A stretch of DNA of 64,000 bases, from positions 386,045 to 450,044 of the forward strand of contig CAVUVW010000021.1 of NCBI GenBank assembly GCA_963745035.1, in the 5' to 3' direction. The translations under genes and the position numbers were made by a program. The notes beneath the pieces are model-generated. The model searched no databases and had not been told where the DNA came from. It saw nothing but the letters and a program-made list of their open reading frames with translations. This stretch comes from an uncultured delta proteobacterium. GTDB lineage: Bacteria; Desulfobacterota; Binatia; UBA9968. Of the stretch, positions 9,572 through 19,199 are shown one piece after another (position 1 is the stretch's first letter; each line of letters starts with the position of its first letter).

Positions 9572-10663
9572 ATGGCGCCGGTCGAGTGGCAAAACGTTCT
9601 CATCGTCCAGACAAGCTTCCTAGGCGACACGGTGCTTACCTTGCCGCTCGTCTGCGAGGTGCGCCGGCGCTTTCCGGTTAAAAGACTGACGCTCGTGTGT
9701 CTACCCGCGGGCCGGGAGCTCTTGCGCGACCACCCGGCCATCGATGAAATCATCACGTATGACAAGAAGGGCGGCGATCGCGGCTGGCGCGGCTTGCGCC
9801 GGCTTGCCGCTCGATTAAAGAACGAGGGTTTTTCCGTCGCCTTGACGCCGCACAAGTCTTTGCGCACGGCGCTCCTGCTGTATCTGGCGCAGATTCCACA
9901 CCGGATCGGCTTTCGCGAAAGCCGCGGCTGGTTTTTTTTCCACCAGCGCGCCGCGCGCGATCCGCGCCGCCACGACGTGGAGCGCAATCTTTCCGTGCTC
10001 CAGTCTTTCGGCGTGGCTCCCGAGGACTGCGCGCGCGCCCTCGACCTGCCGGTGAGCGCTGCGGCGCAAACGGCGGTCGATGAGCAGCTTCGCGCGCTCG
10101 GCGTCGGCGATAGCGAGGCGATCATCGGCATCAATCCCGGCTCGGTCTGGCCGACCAAGCGCTGGTCGCCGTCCGGGTTCGCCGCGCTGATCTCCCTGCT
10201 GCGCGAGCGCCACGGCTGCCGGGTGCTGCTGTTCGGCGGTGCCGAGGATGCGCCGGTGGTCGAGGAGATCGAGCGGCGCTGCGGCGGCCAAGCTGTCAAT
10301 CTGGTCGGCCGCATCGGGCTTGGCGAGTTGGCGGCGGCGATCAGCCGGTGCCGCGTCTTTGTCACCAACGACAGCGGCCCGATGCACGTGGCGGTGGCGC
10401 GCCGCGTCCCGACCGTGGCGGTGTTTTGCGCCACCACTCCGGATCTGGGTTTTTATCCGTACACCGGCAATGCCATCGTCGTGCAGCGTGCACTTTCCTG
10501 CCGGCCGTGCGCTTCGCACGGCGGACGGCGCTGCCCCGTCGGCACGGCGGCCTGCATCCGCCAGATTTCCCCGGAGGTCGTGCTGCAGGCGGTGGAGAAA
10601 CTGCTGCGCGGCGCTGGCCGAGCGGGCGCGCCGGGTTTTCTGCCGGAGTTTGTGACGGTCTAA
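9572..10663 (+). CDS. waaF: GT9 lipopolysaccharide heptosyltransferase II-like
   Basis: QTSFLGD, INPGSVWPTKRW, TNDSGPMHVA. Confidence 0.85.
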   Translation: MAPVEWQNVLIVQTSFLGDTVLTLPLVCEVRRRFPVKRLTLVCLPAGRELLRDHPAIDEIITYDKKGGDRGWRGLRRLAARLKNEGFSVALTPHKSLRTALLLYLAQIPHRIGFRESRGWFFFHQRAARDPRRHDVERNLSVLQSFGVAPEDCARALDLPVSAAAQTAVDEQLRALGVGDSEAIIGINPGSVWPTKRWSPSGFAALISLLRERHGCRVLLFGGAEDAPVVEEIERRCGGQAVNLVGRIGLGELAAAISRCRVFVTNDSGPMHVAVARRVPTVAVFCATTPDLGFYPYTGNAIVVQRALSCRPCASHGGRRCPVGTAACIRQISPEVVLQAVEKLLRGAGRAGAPGFLPEFVTV

Positions 10664-10713
10664 TCTCCGCGCTCATTTATTCTATTCAGATCAGAAGTTC
10701 GATCACGGCGAGC

Positions 10714-11487
10714 ATGCTGACGGAAGCGAAGGTTTGGGGAGCGATTCCCGAGGGTTTCAGAAAAGTCACCGCCGGCCGCGGCATTCGGCTCGTGGTCCGC
10801 GAGGACCGGGCAAACGAGATCGATCCGTCGATTTGCCATGAGGCAAACGGCGGCGCGCAGGACTCTCGGCACCACGGACGAGGGCCGCTCAGGGCGCTGC
10901 GGATGAGCGACGGTGAGACCGCGCTCATTCGCGGCTATCGGCACGGGGGTCTTTTGCGTGCGCTGACGCGCGCCTGGTTCGCGAGCTGGCCGCCGCGGCC
11001 GTTTCGCGAACTCGCGATCACCGAAGAGCTACGCCGGCGCGGTTTGCGCACGGTGGAGGTATATGCCGCGGCCGTCGAGCGCGTGTACGGCCCGCTCTAC
11101 CGCGGTTGCCTGGTGACGCGGGAATTGTCCGGCGCCAAGGACCTCTGGGCGGCATTGCAAGACCCATCCACGGACGCGGAGCGCCTCGGCGCCGTCCTCA
11201 AAGCCAGCGCGGAAACCATCCGCGCCATGCACCGCGAAGGGGTCTATCACGCGGACTTGAATCTCAAGAATATTCTGGTCCGCTTTCATGCCGGCGGCGC
11301 CGAGGGCTACGTCATCGATTTCGATCGGGCAAAATTATTTTTAGGCAATCTGCCGGCGCCGCTGAGGCGGAAAAATCTCGACCGCTTGCGGCGCTCCGCG
11401 CGCAAGCTCGATCCGCAGCGGCGCTATTTGAGCGTCGGGGCGTGGAATCAGTTTTTGGATTTTTATTATGGCGCCGACGACGCCTGA
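10714..11487 (+). CDS. Kdo/LPS kinase (KdkA-like)
   Basis: YRHGGLL, RPFREL, MHREGVYHADLNLKNIL, IDFDR, NLDRLRRS. Confidence 0.85.
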   Translation: MLTEAKVWGAIPEGFRKVTAGRGIRLVVREDRANEIDPSICHEANGGAQDSRHHGRGPLRALRMSDGETALIRGYRHGGLLRALTRAWFASWPPRPFRELAITEELRRRGLRTVEVYAAAVERVYGPLYRGCLVTRELSGAKDLWAALQDPSTDAERLGAVLKASAETIRAMHREGVYHADLNLKNILVRFHAGGAEGYVIDFDRAKLFLGNLPAPLRRKNLDRLRRSARKLDPQRRYLSVGAWNQFLDFYYGADDA

Positions 11488-12535
11488 ATCGGATCCCCAA
11501 AGGATTCTGATCGTGCTCCACGGCTCCATCGGCGACGTGACGCGCGCGCTGCCGCTCGCCGGCATGCTGCGGCGCGCGTTTCCGCACGCGTTTTTGGCAT
11601 GGTCCGTCGAGCCCGCCTGTTTTCCGCTGCTCCAGAATAACCCCGCCATCAACGAAATCATTGTCTTTGACCGGGCCCATTGGCGGCGCAGCGCCGGACC
11701 GTTTTTGGCCAAAGTGCGCGCCGGCGGATTCGACCTCGTGCTCGATCTCCAGCGGCTGTTGCGCAGCGGGGTGATCAGTTGGTGGTCGGGAGCGCGCCGG
11801 CGCATCGGTTTTCACCGCCGCGACAGCAAAGAAGGTAATTGGCTCTTCAACAACCGCCATATTCCGGCTTACGGCGAGAATATCTCCAAGCTCGAGCATT
11901 ACTTGAAATTTGCCGAATACCTCGGCATCGAGCGAACCGCGCCGGAATGGGATTTCAATCTGAGCGCCGCGGAGCGGGCGGCCGTCGATCGGCACTTGAG
12001 CCAACTCCATCGGCCGTTCGCGGTATTGTTCGTCGGCACCCGCTGGCAGAGCAAACAGTGGTTTCCGGCGCAGATCGGTCAGTGCGCCGAGCGGCTGGCA
12101 CGCGAGTTTGCCCTCGACGTCGCGCTTCTCGGTGGAAAGGACGATGAGGATCTCGCCCGCGAAGCTGCAGAGCTATCGGCGGCGGCGCCCGTGCTGAATC
12201 TCACCGGGCAAACGAGCTTGCGCGAAGCGATCGGCATTATTGAACGGGCATCGATCGCCGTCGGGCCCGATACCGGATTGATGCACATCGCCGCCGCGGT
12301 GGGAACGGCGGTGATTTCGCTGTGGGGCGCGACCGATCCCACACGCACGGGACCGCACGGATTCGCCGATCTCGTGCTGCGCGGCAGGGCGCCGTGCGTT
12401 CCTTGCCGGCGCCGAACCTGTGCAATTGACCGGATCTGCCTGCGCTCGATCACCATCGAAGAAATCGACGCCAAGATTCGCGACGCGCTCAAACGGCGCG
12501 GCGAAACACCCGCCACGCATGCCGGCCAGCATTGA
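11468..12535 (+). CDS. GT9 glycosyltransferase (heptosyltransferase I, WaaC-like)
   Basis: SIGDV, LDLQ, SKQW, GPDTGLMHIAAAVG. Confidence 0.85.
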   Translation: MAPTTPESDPQRILIVLHGSIGDVTRALPLAGMLRRAFPHAFLAWSVEPACFPLLQNNPAINEIIVFDRAHWRRSAGPFLAKVRAGGFDLVLDLQRLLRSGVISWWSGARRRIGFHRRDSKEGNWLFNNRHIPAYGENISKLEHYLKFAEYLGIERTAPEWDFNLSAAERAAVDRHLSQLHRPFAVLFVGTRWQSKQWFPAQIGQCAERLAREFALDVALLGGKDDEDLAREAAELSAAAPVLNLTGQTSLREAIGIIERASIAVGPDTGLMHIAAAVGTAVISLWGATDPTRTGPHGFADLVLRGRAPCVPCRRRTCAIDRICLRSITIEEIDAKIRDALKRRGETPATHAGQH

Positions 12536-13406
12536 CTACCACGAGGCGGCGCACGGACAATGGCGCCTGGTATATCTTGGCGAGCTGTGGAACCGGGGCG
12601 CGCAGCAGACGGTGTTGGAAATGGTCGAGGCCCAGCCGTGGGCGAAGCACCCGCAAACCTTGCCGCTTCGCCTCACTCTCGGCGCCAAGGAACGCGAGCT
12701 CTATCTCAAAGTCTTCCATCCGGGGCGCGGCGCCGCCGCTTGGAAAGATGCGCTGCGGCGTTCCAAGGCCTGGCGCGCATGGCGTGTGGGACTGGAGCTC
12801 GAGAACGCCGGTTTTGAGGTTCCCTTGGCGATCGCCGCCGGCGAGCAGCGCCGCGCGCGGTTTTTGCGCCGTGCGTTTCTTCTGACGGAAAAGATCTACG
12901 CCGAGCCGGTCCCCATGTTTCTGCGCACAGGGCTTCATTGCGGCGACGACAAGGCACGCTTGGCGGCCAAGCGCGCCGGGCTGCGCCATGCGGCGCGCCT
13001 GGTCCGGCGCTTTCACCGCGCCGGCTTTGTGCACGGCGATCTGGTGGCGTCCAATCTGTTGGTGGCTTTCGATGGGCGCGCCATGAATTTTTATTTTATG
13101 GACAACGACCGCACGAGCCGCTATCCCGGCTGGCTGGCGCAGCCGTTCTGGAAGCGCAATTTGATTCAACTCAATCGCCTGCCGCTGCCGGGAGTAACCT
13201 TGCAGGACCGCATGAGGTTTCTTAAAGCTTACCTCGACATTGGGGAAGTTGCCGCCGCCGAGCGCAGTTTGGCGCAGTGGCTGGAGCGGCGCACGCGGCG
13301 GCGGCGCGAGGAATGCGACGGCGTGGACGGCTCCGGTGACTTTAGAAGGCTCATGCGCTGGTCCGGTGAAATTTCCCCGCCGGCCGATGCCAAGGAACTT
13401 GCATAG
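12519..13406 (+). CDS. Lipopolysaccharide kinase, Kdo/WaaP (InaA) family
   Basis: YLKVF, RSKAWR, HRAGFVHGDLVASNLL, MDND, NLIQLN. Confidence 0.8.
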   Translation: MPASIDYHEAAHGQWRLVYLGELWNRGAQQTVLEMVEAQPWAKHPQTLPLRLTLGAKERELYLKVFHPGRGAAAWKDALRRSKAWRAWRVGLELENAGFEVPLAIAAGEQRRARFLRRAFLLTEKIYAEPVPMFLRTGLHCGDDKARLAAKRAGLRHAARLVRRFHRAGFVHGDLVASNLLVAFDGRAMNFYFMDNDRTSRYPGWLAQPFWKRNLIQLNRLPLPGVTLQDRMRFLKAYLDIGEVAAAERSLAQWLERRTRRRREECDGVDGSGDFRRLMRWSGEISPPADAKELA

Positions 13407-13487
13407 CGTCGCTGTTGCAGTGCTGCGCCGGGGCGCTTCGCGGGAACGGCGGTGCACTTCAGGCCACCAGGTCCGCTTCGCCATTGT

Positions 13488-14618
13488 GTGAAAATCGCTC
13501 TCGTCCATAAACGTCTCGATCTGCAGGGCGGAACCGAAAGGGACCTGTTTCAAACCGCCGAAGGTTTGCGCGATTTAGGACATGAGATCCATCTGTTCTG
13601 CGGCGAATACGGCGTCAATCCGCCCGCCGAGGTTATTTCACACCGAGTTCCGGTGATTCCACTCGGGAGAACTCTGCGCTTGTGGAGCGCCGCATGGTTC
13701 GCGCAACAAGCTGTGCGCCGCGCCAATTGCGACGTTACGGTTGGCTTCGGCAGGCTGCCGCGCCAGGATGTTCTCCGTTGCGGCGGGGGCACGCACCGTG
13801 GTTTTCTCGCCCGCCTGGGCACGGCGGGCGGAGCGCGACGGCGGCTTTGGCAGAGCCTCAGCATCTACCATCGGAGCATCCTGGCGATCGAGAAGCGGCA
13901 ATATGCTCCATCCGGAGCGCGGAGGATCATCGCCGTTTCCGAGCAGGTCAAGGGCGATATTATCGCTCACTATGCCGTGCCGCCGGAGAAGATCGCGGTC
14001 CTTTACAACGGCGTCGACACGCGGCGTTTTCATCCCGCCCGGCGCGGCGAGGCGCGCGACCAGATTCGCAACTGCTGGAAAATTCCTTGCGAGGCGCCCT
14101 TGGTCTTGTTCGTCGGCAGCGGCTTTCGGCGCAAAGGCTTGGATCGACTTCTTTCCGCATGGAAGTCGCCGCGCCTGGATCGGGTATTTCTGTTGGTTGT
14201 CGGCGCGGACGCGCGGCTTGCCGGCTATCGCGCCCAGGCGGAGGCCGCTGCACCGGGGCGGGTCATTTTCGCCGGCCGTCAGGAACACGTCGAGGACTAC
14301 TATGCGGCCGCGGACGTGGTCGCGCTGCCCGCGCTGCAAGAGGCTTTTGGCAACGTGGTTCTCGAAGCGCTGGCGTGCGGATTGTCGGTAGCGGTGAGCC
14401 GCGCCGCCGGCGCGGCCGAAGTCCTACGCGGTCTGTTGTCGGCGGGAATTATCGAGGAATCTCTCGATGCGGCGGCGCTGGTCGAGACGCTGCTGCTGCT
14501 TCTCACAAGATCCGCGGACCCGGTCTGGAGAAGCGAAGCCCGCAGTATCGCCGAAGCGCATTCTTGGAAAAATCACTTCCAGAAACTGGAAGCGCTATTG
14601 CGGGAAAGCGTTGGCTGA
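13488..14618 (+). CDS. GT4 glycosyltransferase (WaaG-like)
   Basis: GGTER, YNGVD, FVGSGFRRKG, EAFGNVVLEALACG. Confidence 0.88.
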   Translation: MKIALVHKRLDLQGGTERDLFQTAEGLRDLGHEIHLFCGEYGVNPPAEVISHRVPVIPLGRTLRLWSAAWFAQQAVRRANCDVTVGFGRLPRQDVLRCGGGTHRGFLARLGTAGGARRRLWQSLSIYHRSILAIEKRQYAPSGARRIIAVSEQVKGDIIAHYAVPPEKIAVLYNGVDTRRFHPARRGEARDQIRNCWKIPCEAPLVLFVGSGFRRKGLDRLLSAWKSPRLDRVFLLVVGADARLAGYRAQAEAAAPGRVIFAGRQEHVEDYYAAADVVALPALQEAFGNVVLEALACGLSVAVSRAAGAAEVLRGLLSAGIIEESLDAAALVETLLLLLTRSADPVWRSEARSIAEAHSWKNHFQKLEALLRESVG

Positions 14619-15468
14619 ATACATCGTCGAAAGACGCGGCAAGGCGACCGTGTGGCTTTGCGGATCGTATGCTGATCCGGCGTTTGTCGACCGGCTCGCT
14701 GAGCCGGATGCTTGGTTCGCCGATCCGCGGCTGGTTCTCGTCAAAGACACGAAAAAGACCAAAGTCGGACGCGTGACCGTAACCATCGCCGGCACATCCC
14801 GCTCGGTCTACGTGAAACGATACAATGCGTTCTCGCTGCGCTATCGAATCGGGTCGCTTTTCTCTCGATCAGCCGCGCGGCGCTCGCTCTGGGGTGCCAA
14901 GCTTCTCGCCGCCGGCGGAATCGCCAGCGCGCAGCCCATCGCGAGCGTCGAAGCGCGGCGCTACGGCATGCTGCGCCAAAGCTTTTTTATCTCCGAGGAA
15001 ATCGCCGGCGCGCGCACCACCGACGCATTCTGGCGCCAGCACCTGCGGGCGCGCGGGGGACGAGAGGGGTTCCGGCTTCGGCGCGCGTATCTGGAGCGCT
15101 TGGCGGCGCTGTTTGCCGCGTTGCACGCCCGGCGGATCTACCACGACGATCTGAAGGACGCGAACATCATGGCCTTCGCTGGAGAAGACGGGGCCGTGAG
15201 ATTCGCCTTGCTCGATCTCGAGGGCGTGCGCCGCTGCGCTCAGCTCAGCGAGCGGCGGCGGGTCAAGAACCTCATGCAGCTATACCGCACTCTGGGACGG
15301 CACCTCACTCGCTCTCAAAAGTTGTTTCTGCTCAAGAGCTATCTCGGCGCGGAGTTTCGCGACCGCGCCCGCCGGCGCAAGCTTGCGGCTGCTGTGATCG
15401 AGCTTGCCCGGCGCGTGGACCGCCGCAAGGCTCGCGAAGCCGGGGCGGGCGGTCAGCGTTGGTCGTGA
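14611..15468 (+). CDS. Lipopolysaccharide kinase, Kdo/WaaP family
   Basis: VYVKRYN, LHARRIYHDDLKDANI, LLDLE, KNLMQL. TTG start overlaps the upstream stop. Confidence 0.8.
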   Translation: MAEYIVERRGKATVWLCGSYADPAFVDRLAEPDAWFADPRLVLVKDTKKTKVGRVTVTIAGTSRSVYVKRYNAFSLRYRIGSLFSRSAARRSLWGAKLLAAGGIASAQPIASVEARRYGMLRQSFFISEEIAGARTTDAFWRQHLRARGGREGFRLRRAYLERLAALFAALHARRIYHDDLKDANIMAFAGEDGAVRFALLDLEGVRRCAQLSERRRVKNLMQLYRTLGRHLTRSQKLFLLKSYLGAEFRDRARRRKLAAAVIELARRVDRRKAREAGAGGQRWS

Positions 15469-15577
15469 CTTCGGGCCACTTTGGATGAGCGGACGAAGTG
15501 GCAGACGGCGCAGGCAAACGCCGAGCGATGCCGCGAGGTTTTTGCGGTTGCGCGGGCGATGTGGAGGAAAAAAGGAT

Positions 15578-15607
15578 TTGGCCGACTACGACGGGATCGG
15601 CTATGAT
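15578..15607 (+). promoter_or_regulatory. Candidate sigma70 promoter TTGGCC-N18-TATGAT
   Basis: Intergenic, shortly upstream of the GT2 ATG at 15626. Confidence 0.35.
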
Positions 15608-15625
15608 AGCGAACGCCGAGGGCCA

Positions 15626-16402
15626 ATGGGAGAAGCCAGCTACGAGCCGAAAGTCGTCGTCGTCATGCCCGCGTACAACGCGGCCAAGACCCTGCGACTT
15701 ACCTACGATGCGATCCCCAAACAGGATGTCGATCATGTCATCTTGGTCGACGATGGCAGCCGCGACGAGACCTTGCAGATCGCCAAAGATCTCAACCTCG
15801 AAGTATTCGTCCATGGGCGGAATTACGGCTACGGCGGCAATCAGAAGACCTGCTACACCGAAGCCCTCAAGGCGGGCGCGGATATCGTGGTGATGCTGCA
15901 TCCGGACTATCAGTACGACCCGACCTTGCTGCCCACCGTCGTTGCGCCGATCAAAGGCGGCGCCGCTGACGTGGTTTTGGGATCGCGTTTAATGCACGGA
16001 AACGCGATTCGGCAGGGCATGCCGTGGTGGAAGTTCTTCGGCAACAGGTTTTTGACCACGATCCAAAACCGGCTGCTGCGCCAGAATCTTACCGAATACC
16101 ATACCGGCTATCGGGCGTTCAGCCGGCGCGTATTGGAGGAAGTTCCGTTTCTTCTCAATTCCGATAATTTTGTTTTCGATCAAGAGATGCTTGTGCAGGC
16201 CATTCATTTGGGCTTTCGGATCAAGGAAGTTCCCGTGCCGACGAGATACTTCGCGGAAGCCTCGAGCGCGAGCTTTTATGCCAGCGTGATCTACGGCTTC
16301 AGCATACTGGCTTTGTTGATACGATATCGTCTGCATCGCGGCGCCCTGGTGACGCAGAAGCAGTTCGAATGCTTCACCGCGCGCTACCGGAGAGCCGAAT
16401 GA
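15626..16402 (+). CDS. GT2 glycosyltransferase (polyprenol-phosphate/DPM1-like)
   Basis: VMPAYNA, LVDDGSRD, NYGYGGNQK, HPDYQY, HTGYRAFS. Confidence 0.9.
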   Translation: MGEASYEPKVVVVMPAYNAAKTLRLTYDAIPKQDVDHVILVDDGSRDETLQIAKDLNLEVFVHGRNYGYGGNQKTCYTEALKAGADIVVMLHPDYQYDPTLLPTVVAPIKGGAADVVLGSRLMHGNAIRQGMPWWKFFGNRFLTTIQNRLLRQNLTEYHTGYRAFSRRVLEEVPFLLNSDNFVFDQEMLVQAIHLGFRIKEVPVPTRYFAEASSASFYASVIYGFSILALLIRYRLHRGALVTQKQFECFTARYRRAE

Positions 16403-17109
16403 CCGACGCCGGGCAGCGCCAGCCCGTCTATCGCCTGAAGCAGTTCAAATACAATAGCCACTATTGGATCCTGAAATTCCTTTCCAACGCCGCGAAGCCG
16501 TCGCGCATTCTCGATATCGGCGCTGCGGAGGGTTACCTAGGGGAGATTCTCAATCGAGAAGGGCATTATCTGGTCGGTGTGGAGAGCGATGCCCGTCTCG
16601 CGGAAAAGGCGCAAGCCCACTACCACGTCCTCCATCGTGCCGACGTCGAGAGCTTTGATTTTTTTTATCGAGACGAATTCGATTACATCTTGCTCGCCGA
16701 TGTGCTCGAGCACCTGCGCGATCCCGCGGCGGTGCTCCGGCGGGTTTTGCCTTGTTTGAACAAAAACGGCGAAGTCATCATTTCGCTTCCCAATATCGCC
16801 CATCTGTTTGTTCGTTTAAGTCTGCTGTTCGGACGCTTCGACTACCGTGATCGCGGCATACTGGATCGGGGCCACCTGCGATTTTTTACCTTGGCCGGCA
16901 TCAAGCAAATGATGCGCGAAACGTCCTGCCGCATCCTGGAGCTTAGGCCGACCTCGGCGCCCGTCCAATTGGTGTTTCCCTGGTCTGACCGGCCGGCCTT
17001 CGCGCCGCTCCACGAATCACATTTCCTCTCGGTGCAGCTCTGCCCCACGCTGCTCGCATATCAGTTCGTGATGCGGACGGCGCCTGAGCGACACAATGAT
17101 CCGTCGTAA
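16399..17109 (+). CDS. Class I SAM-dependent methyltransferase (glycan-cluster type)
   Basis: ILDIGAAEG, DVLEHL, SLPNIAH, GILDRGHLRFFT. Confidence 0.85.
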   Translation: MTDAGQRQPVYRLKQFKYNSHYWILKFLSNAAKPSRILDIGAAEGYLGEILNREGHYLVGVESDARLAEKAQAHYHVLHRADVESFDFFYRDEFDYILLADVLEHLRDPAAVLRRVLPCLNKNGEVIISLPNIAHLFVRLSLLFGRFDYRDRGILDRGHLRFFTLAGIKQMMRETSCRILELRPTSAPVQLVFPWSDRPAFAPLHESHFLSVQLCPTLLAYQFVMRTAPERHNDPS

Positions 17110-17247
17110 GGATGTTTCGAGCATAACGGCTCTAGCTCCGGCGCGCGAGCCGGTGGATTTTATTCAGGAGCAGTGCTATCTCAAGTTTTGGTTTAGGCGG
17201 AGCCGGTCGCGCCGTCGCGGCGCGTTGGTTGTAAAAAGGCGGATCGG

Positions 17248-17973
17248 GTGAAACGTCACCATCTACTCATCCTTGGAGCACCCCGCACGGGCACCACCTT
17301 GCTGGCAACGATGATCAGCCGCCATACCGATATCGGTATTTTGAACGAAGATGACGGCTGGTCGATGCGCAGGCTCCTGGGAAAGCTTGTGGTCGGAAAC
17401 AAGCGATGCATTCCGAACCAGATCGAGATGGAGCGGCGCGGCAAACTGAGGCTTCGTTTATGGAAAAAAATCGGATTGATGAAAGAGTATCAAAGCTCGC
17501 TTTTTTCCATCGAAGACTACTTGACGCTGCCGCGCATCCAAATCATCGGCATCATTCGCAATGGCAACGACGCGATCTCCTCGGGCATGAGCCGCGGCAA
17601 GAAGAGTTTTTGCGGCGCCGCTTACCGGTGGTGCCGGGCGATTGAGATCATGCACGAGCTCACGACTCGATTTCCCGAAAGAGTCCTCATCGTTTCTTTC
17701 GAGGATTTGGTCATGCGGCCAAGAGTAAACATGCAGCGGGTCGCGGAATTTCTCGGCGTCGAGTACCAAGATCGAATGCTGGAGGGGCCGGTCTTCAATC
17801 CCTGGTATCCCGAAGAGGGCATGAACAAAGAAAAGGTCAACCGTTCTCGGAAGGAAAAAATTGATTTCAAGCTCGAGACGCAATTCCCTTCGGTCTACAA
17901 CGAATATCTTAAATTGTTGGCGCTCTCGCAAATTACCGCCACAATGCCGGTGCGGCGCATACAAAGCGGCTGA
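17248..17973 (+). CDS. Sulfotransferase family protein
   Basis: 5'-PSB loop GAPRTGTTLL, IIRNGNDAISS, SFEDLV...FLG. Confidence 0.75.
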   Translation: MKRHHLLILGAPRTGTTLLATMISRHTDIGILNEDDGWSMRRLLGKLVVGNKRCIPNQIEMERRGKLRLRLWKKIGLMKEYQSSLFSIEDYLTLPRIQIIGIIRNGNDAISSGMSRGKKSFCGAAYRWCRAIEIMHELTTRFPERVLIVSFEDLVMRPRVNMQRVAEFLGVEYQDRMLEGPVFNPWYPEEGMNKEKVNRSRKEKIDFKLETQFPSVYNEYLKLLALSQITATMPVRRIQSG

Positions 17974-18060
17974 GATCTCGCCCACGAGATGGGTGAAGCA
18001 GAAGTCTGTGCCCCGAGGATTCGGTTTTCGGCCGGGTCATGTCCAAATCCGACCGTTCAT

Positions 18061-18080
18061 CCGCCGCGCTTTCGCGGCGG
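18061..18080. other. Perfect 8-bp GC hairpin CCGCCGCG-CTTT-CGCGGCGG in intergenic DNA
   Basis: Read directly. No following U-tract, so a terminator role is uncertain. Confidence 0.3.
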
Positions 18081-18293
18081 CACGCGGTATCACGCGAAAA
18101 AACGGCTCATGCCGCAACGGCCGGCGGCAGCATTTCGAAAAAGATCAGTCGAGCTTGATTCCCATCGCGAGGCCGTGGCGGGGCTAATTTTGCGTTGATG
18201 CGTCATCCCGAAGTCGGCAGTTAGAGCCCGCAAATCCTGCCGCCGCGAAGATATGTTTACTGTGTCGCGGAGCGGATTGCGTTGAGCGGTGGT

Positions 18294-19199
18294 ATGAGCG
18301 ACGCGCCACTGGTATCCGTCATCATCGCGACCTACAACCGCGCGCGTTTGCTGGCGCAAACTCTCGATAGCATCTTTGCGCAATCTTTTTTGGATTTCGA
18401 GGTGATCGTCGTCGACGATGGCTCGAGCGACGACACGCGCGCAATTTTGGCTCCGTATCAAGACCGCATTCAATACATTTTTCAAGAGAACCGCGGCCCT
18501 TCGGCTGCGCGCAATCTGGGCGCGCGGCGCGCCAGGGGCGCCTGGCTTTCGTTCCAGGATTCCGATGACCTCGCTCGCCCGAATCATCTTCGGGCGTTGC
18601 ACGGATACACGCAGGCCCATCCCGATTGTGCGATGGTGTTCGCGAACGGCGATTATCTCGGCGGCCCCGAGCACAACCGGAGCACGATTATTTCCGGCGC
18701 CAAATCACGCTCCCTGGCGACTCGCGGCGTCAAGCTCGGCGACATCTTCAACAAAAGCATCGTCCGCCTGCAGGCGGCGCTCATCGACAAAGCCGCCTAT
18801 GAAGCCCTCGGCGGCCACGACGAGTCGCTGCGCATCTGCATGGATCTCGATCTGTCGTTTCGCTTGCTGATGAATTTTCCCGTCGGCTATATCGACGAGG
18901 CGGTTTTTTCCTATCGCAAGCACGAGGGCAACATCGGCCGTAATGAAGAGCTGCGCCTGACCGAGAATATTCGAGTCGTGGAGAAACTCTTGCGAGATTA
19001 CCCGCGGGCGGGCGAGATCATCGGCGGCCGAAACATCGCGCGGCGACTGGGCTACCGGTATTATCGCCTGGCCAAAGGACGATGGAAGCGGCAGCGCCGC
19101 GCTGATGCGCGCGCGGCTTTGGCGCAGGCCGTCGAACTGTGTCCGGCGAACCTGAAGTATCGTTTCTACCGAATGCGCTGGGCGCTTGCGGCGGCCTAG
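18294..19199 (+). CDS. GT2 glycosyltransferase with helical (TPR-like) C-terminus
   Basis: VSVIIATYNR, VVDDGSSD, GPSAARNLG, FQDSDD. Confidence 0.88.
   Translation: MSDAPLVSVIIATYNRARLLAQTLDSIFAQSFLDFEVIVVDDGSSDDTRAILAPYQDRIQYIFQENRGPSAARNLGARRARGAWLSFQDSDDLARPNHLRALHGYTQAHPDCAMVFANGDYLGGPEHNRSTIISGAKSRSLATRGVKLGDIFNKSIVRLQAALIDKAAYEALGGHDESLRICMDLDLSFRLLMNFPVGYIDEAVFSYRKHEGNIGRNEELRLTENIRVVEKLLRDYPRAGEIIGGRNIARRLGYRYYRLAKGRWKRQRRADARAALAQAVELCPANLKYRFYRMRWALAAA

Noticed and set aside
17989-18198. 69-aa ORF in the gap after the sulfotransferase
   Set aside because: No SD and no recognisable similarity; treated as intergenic.
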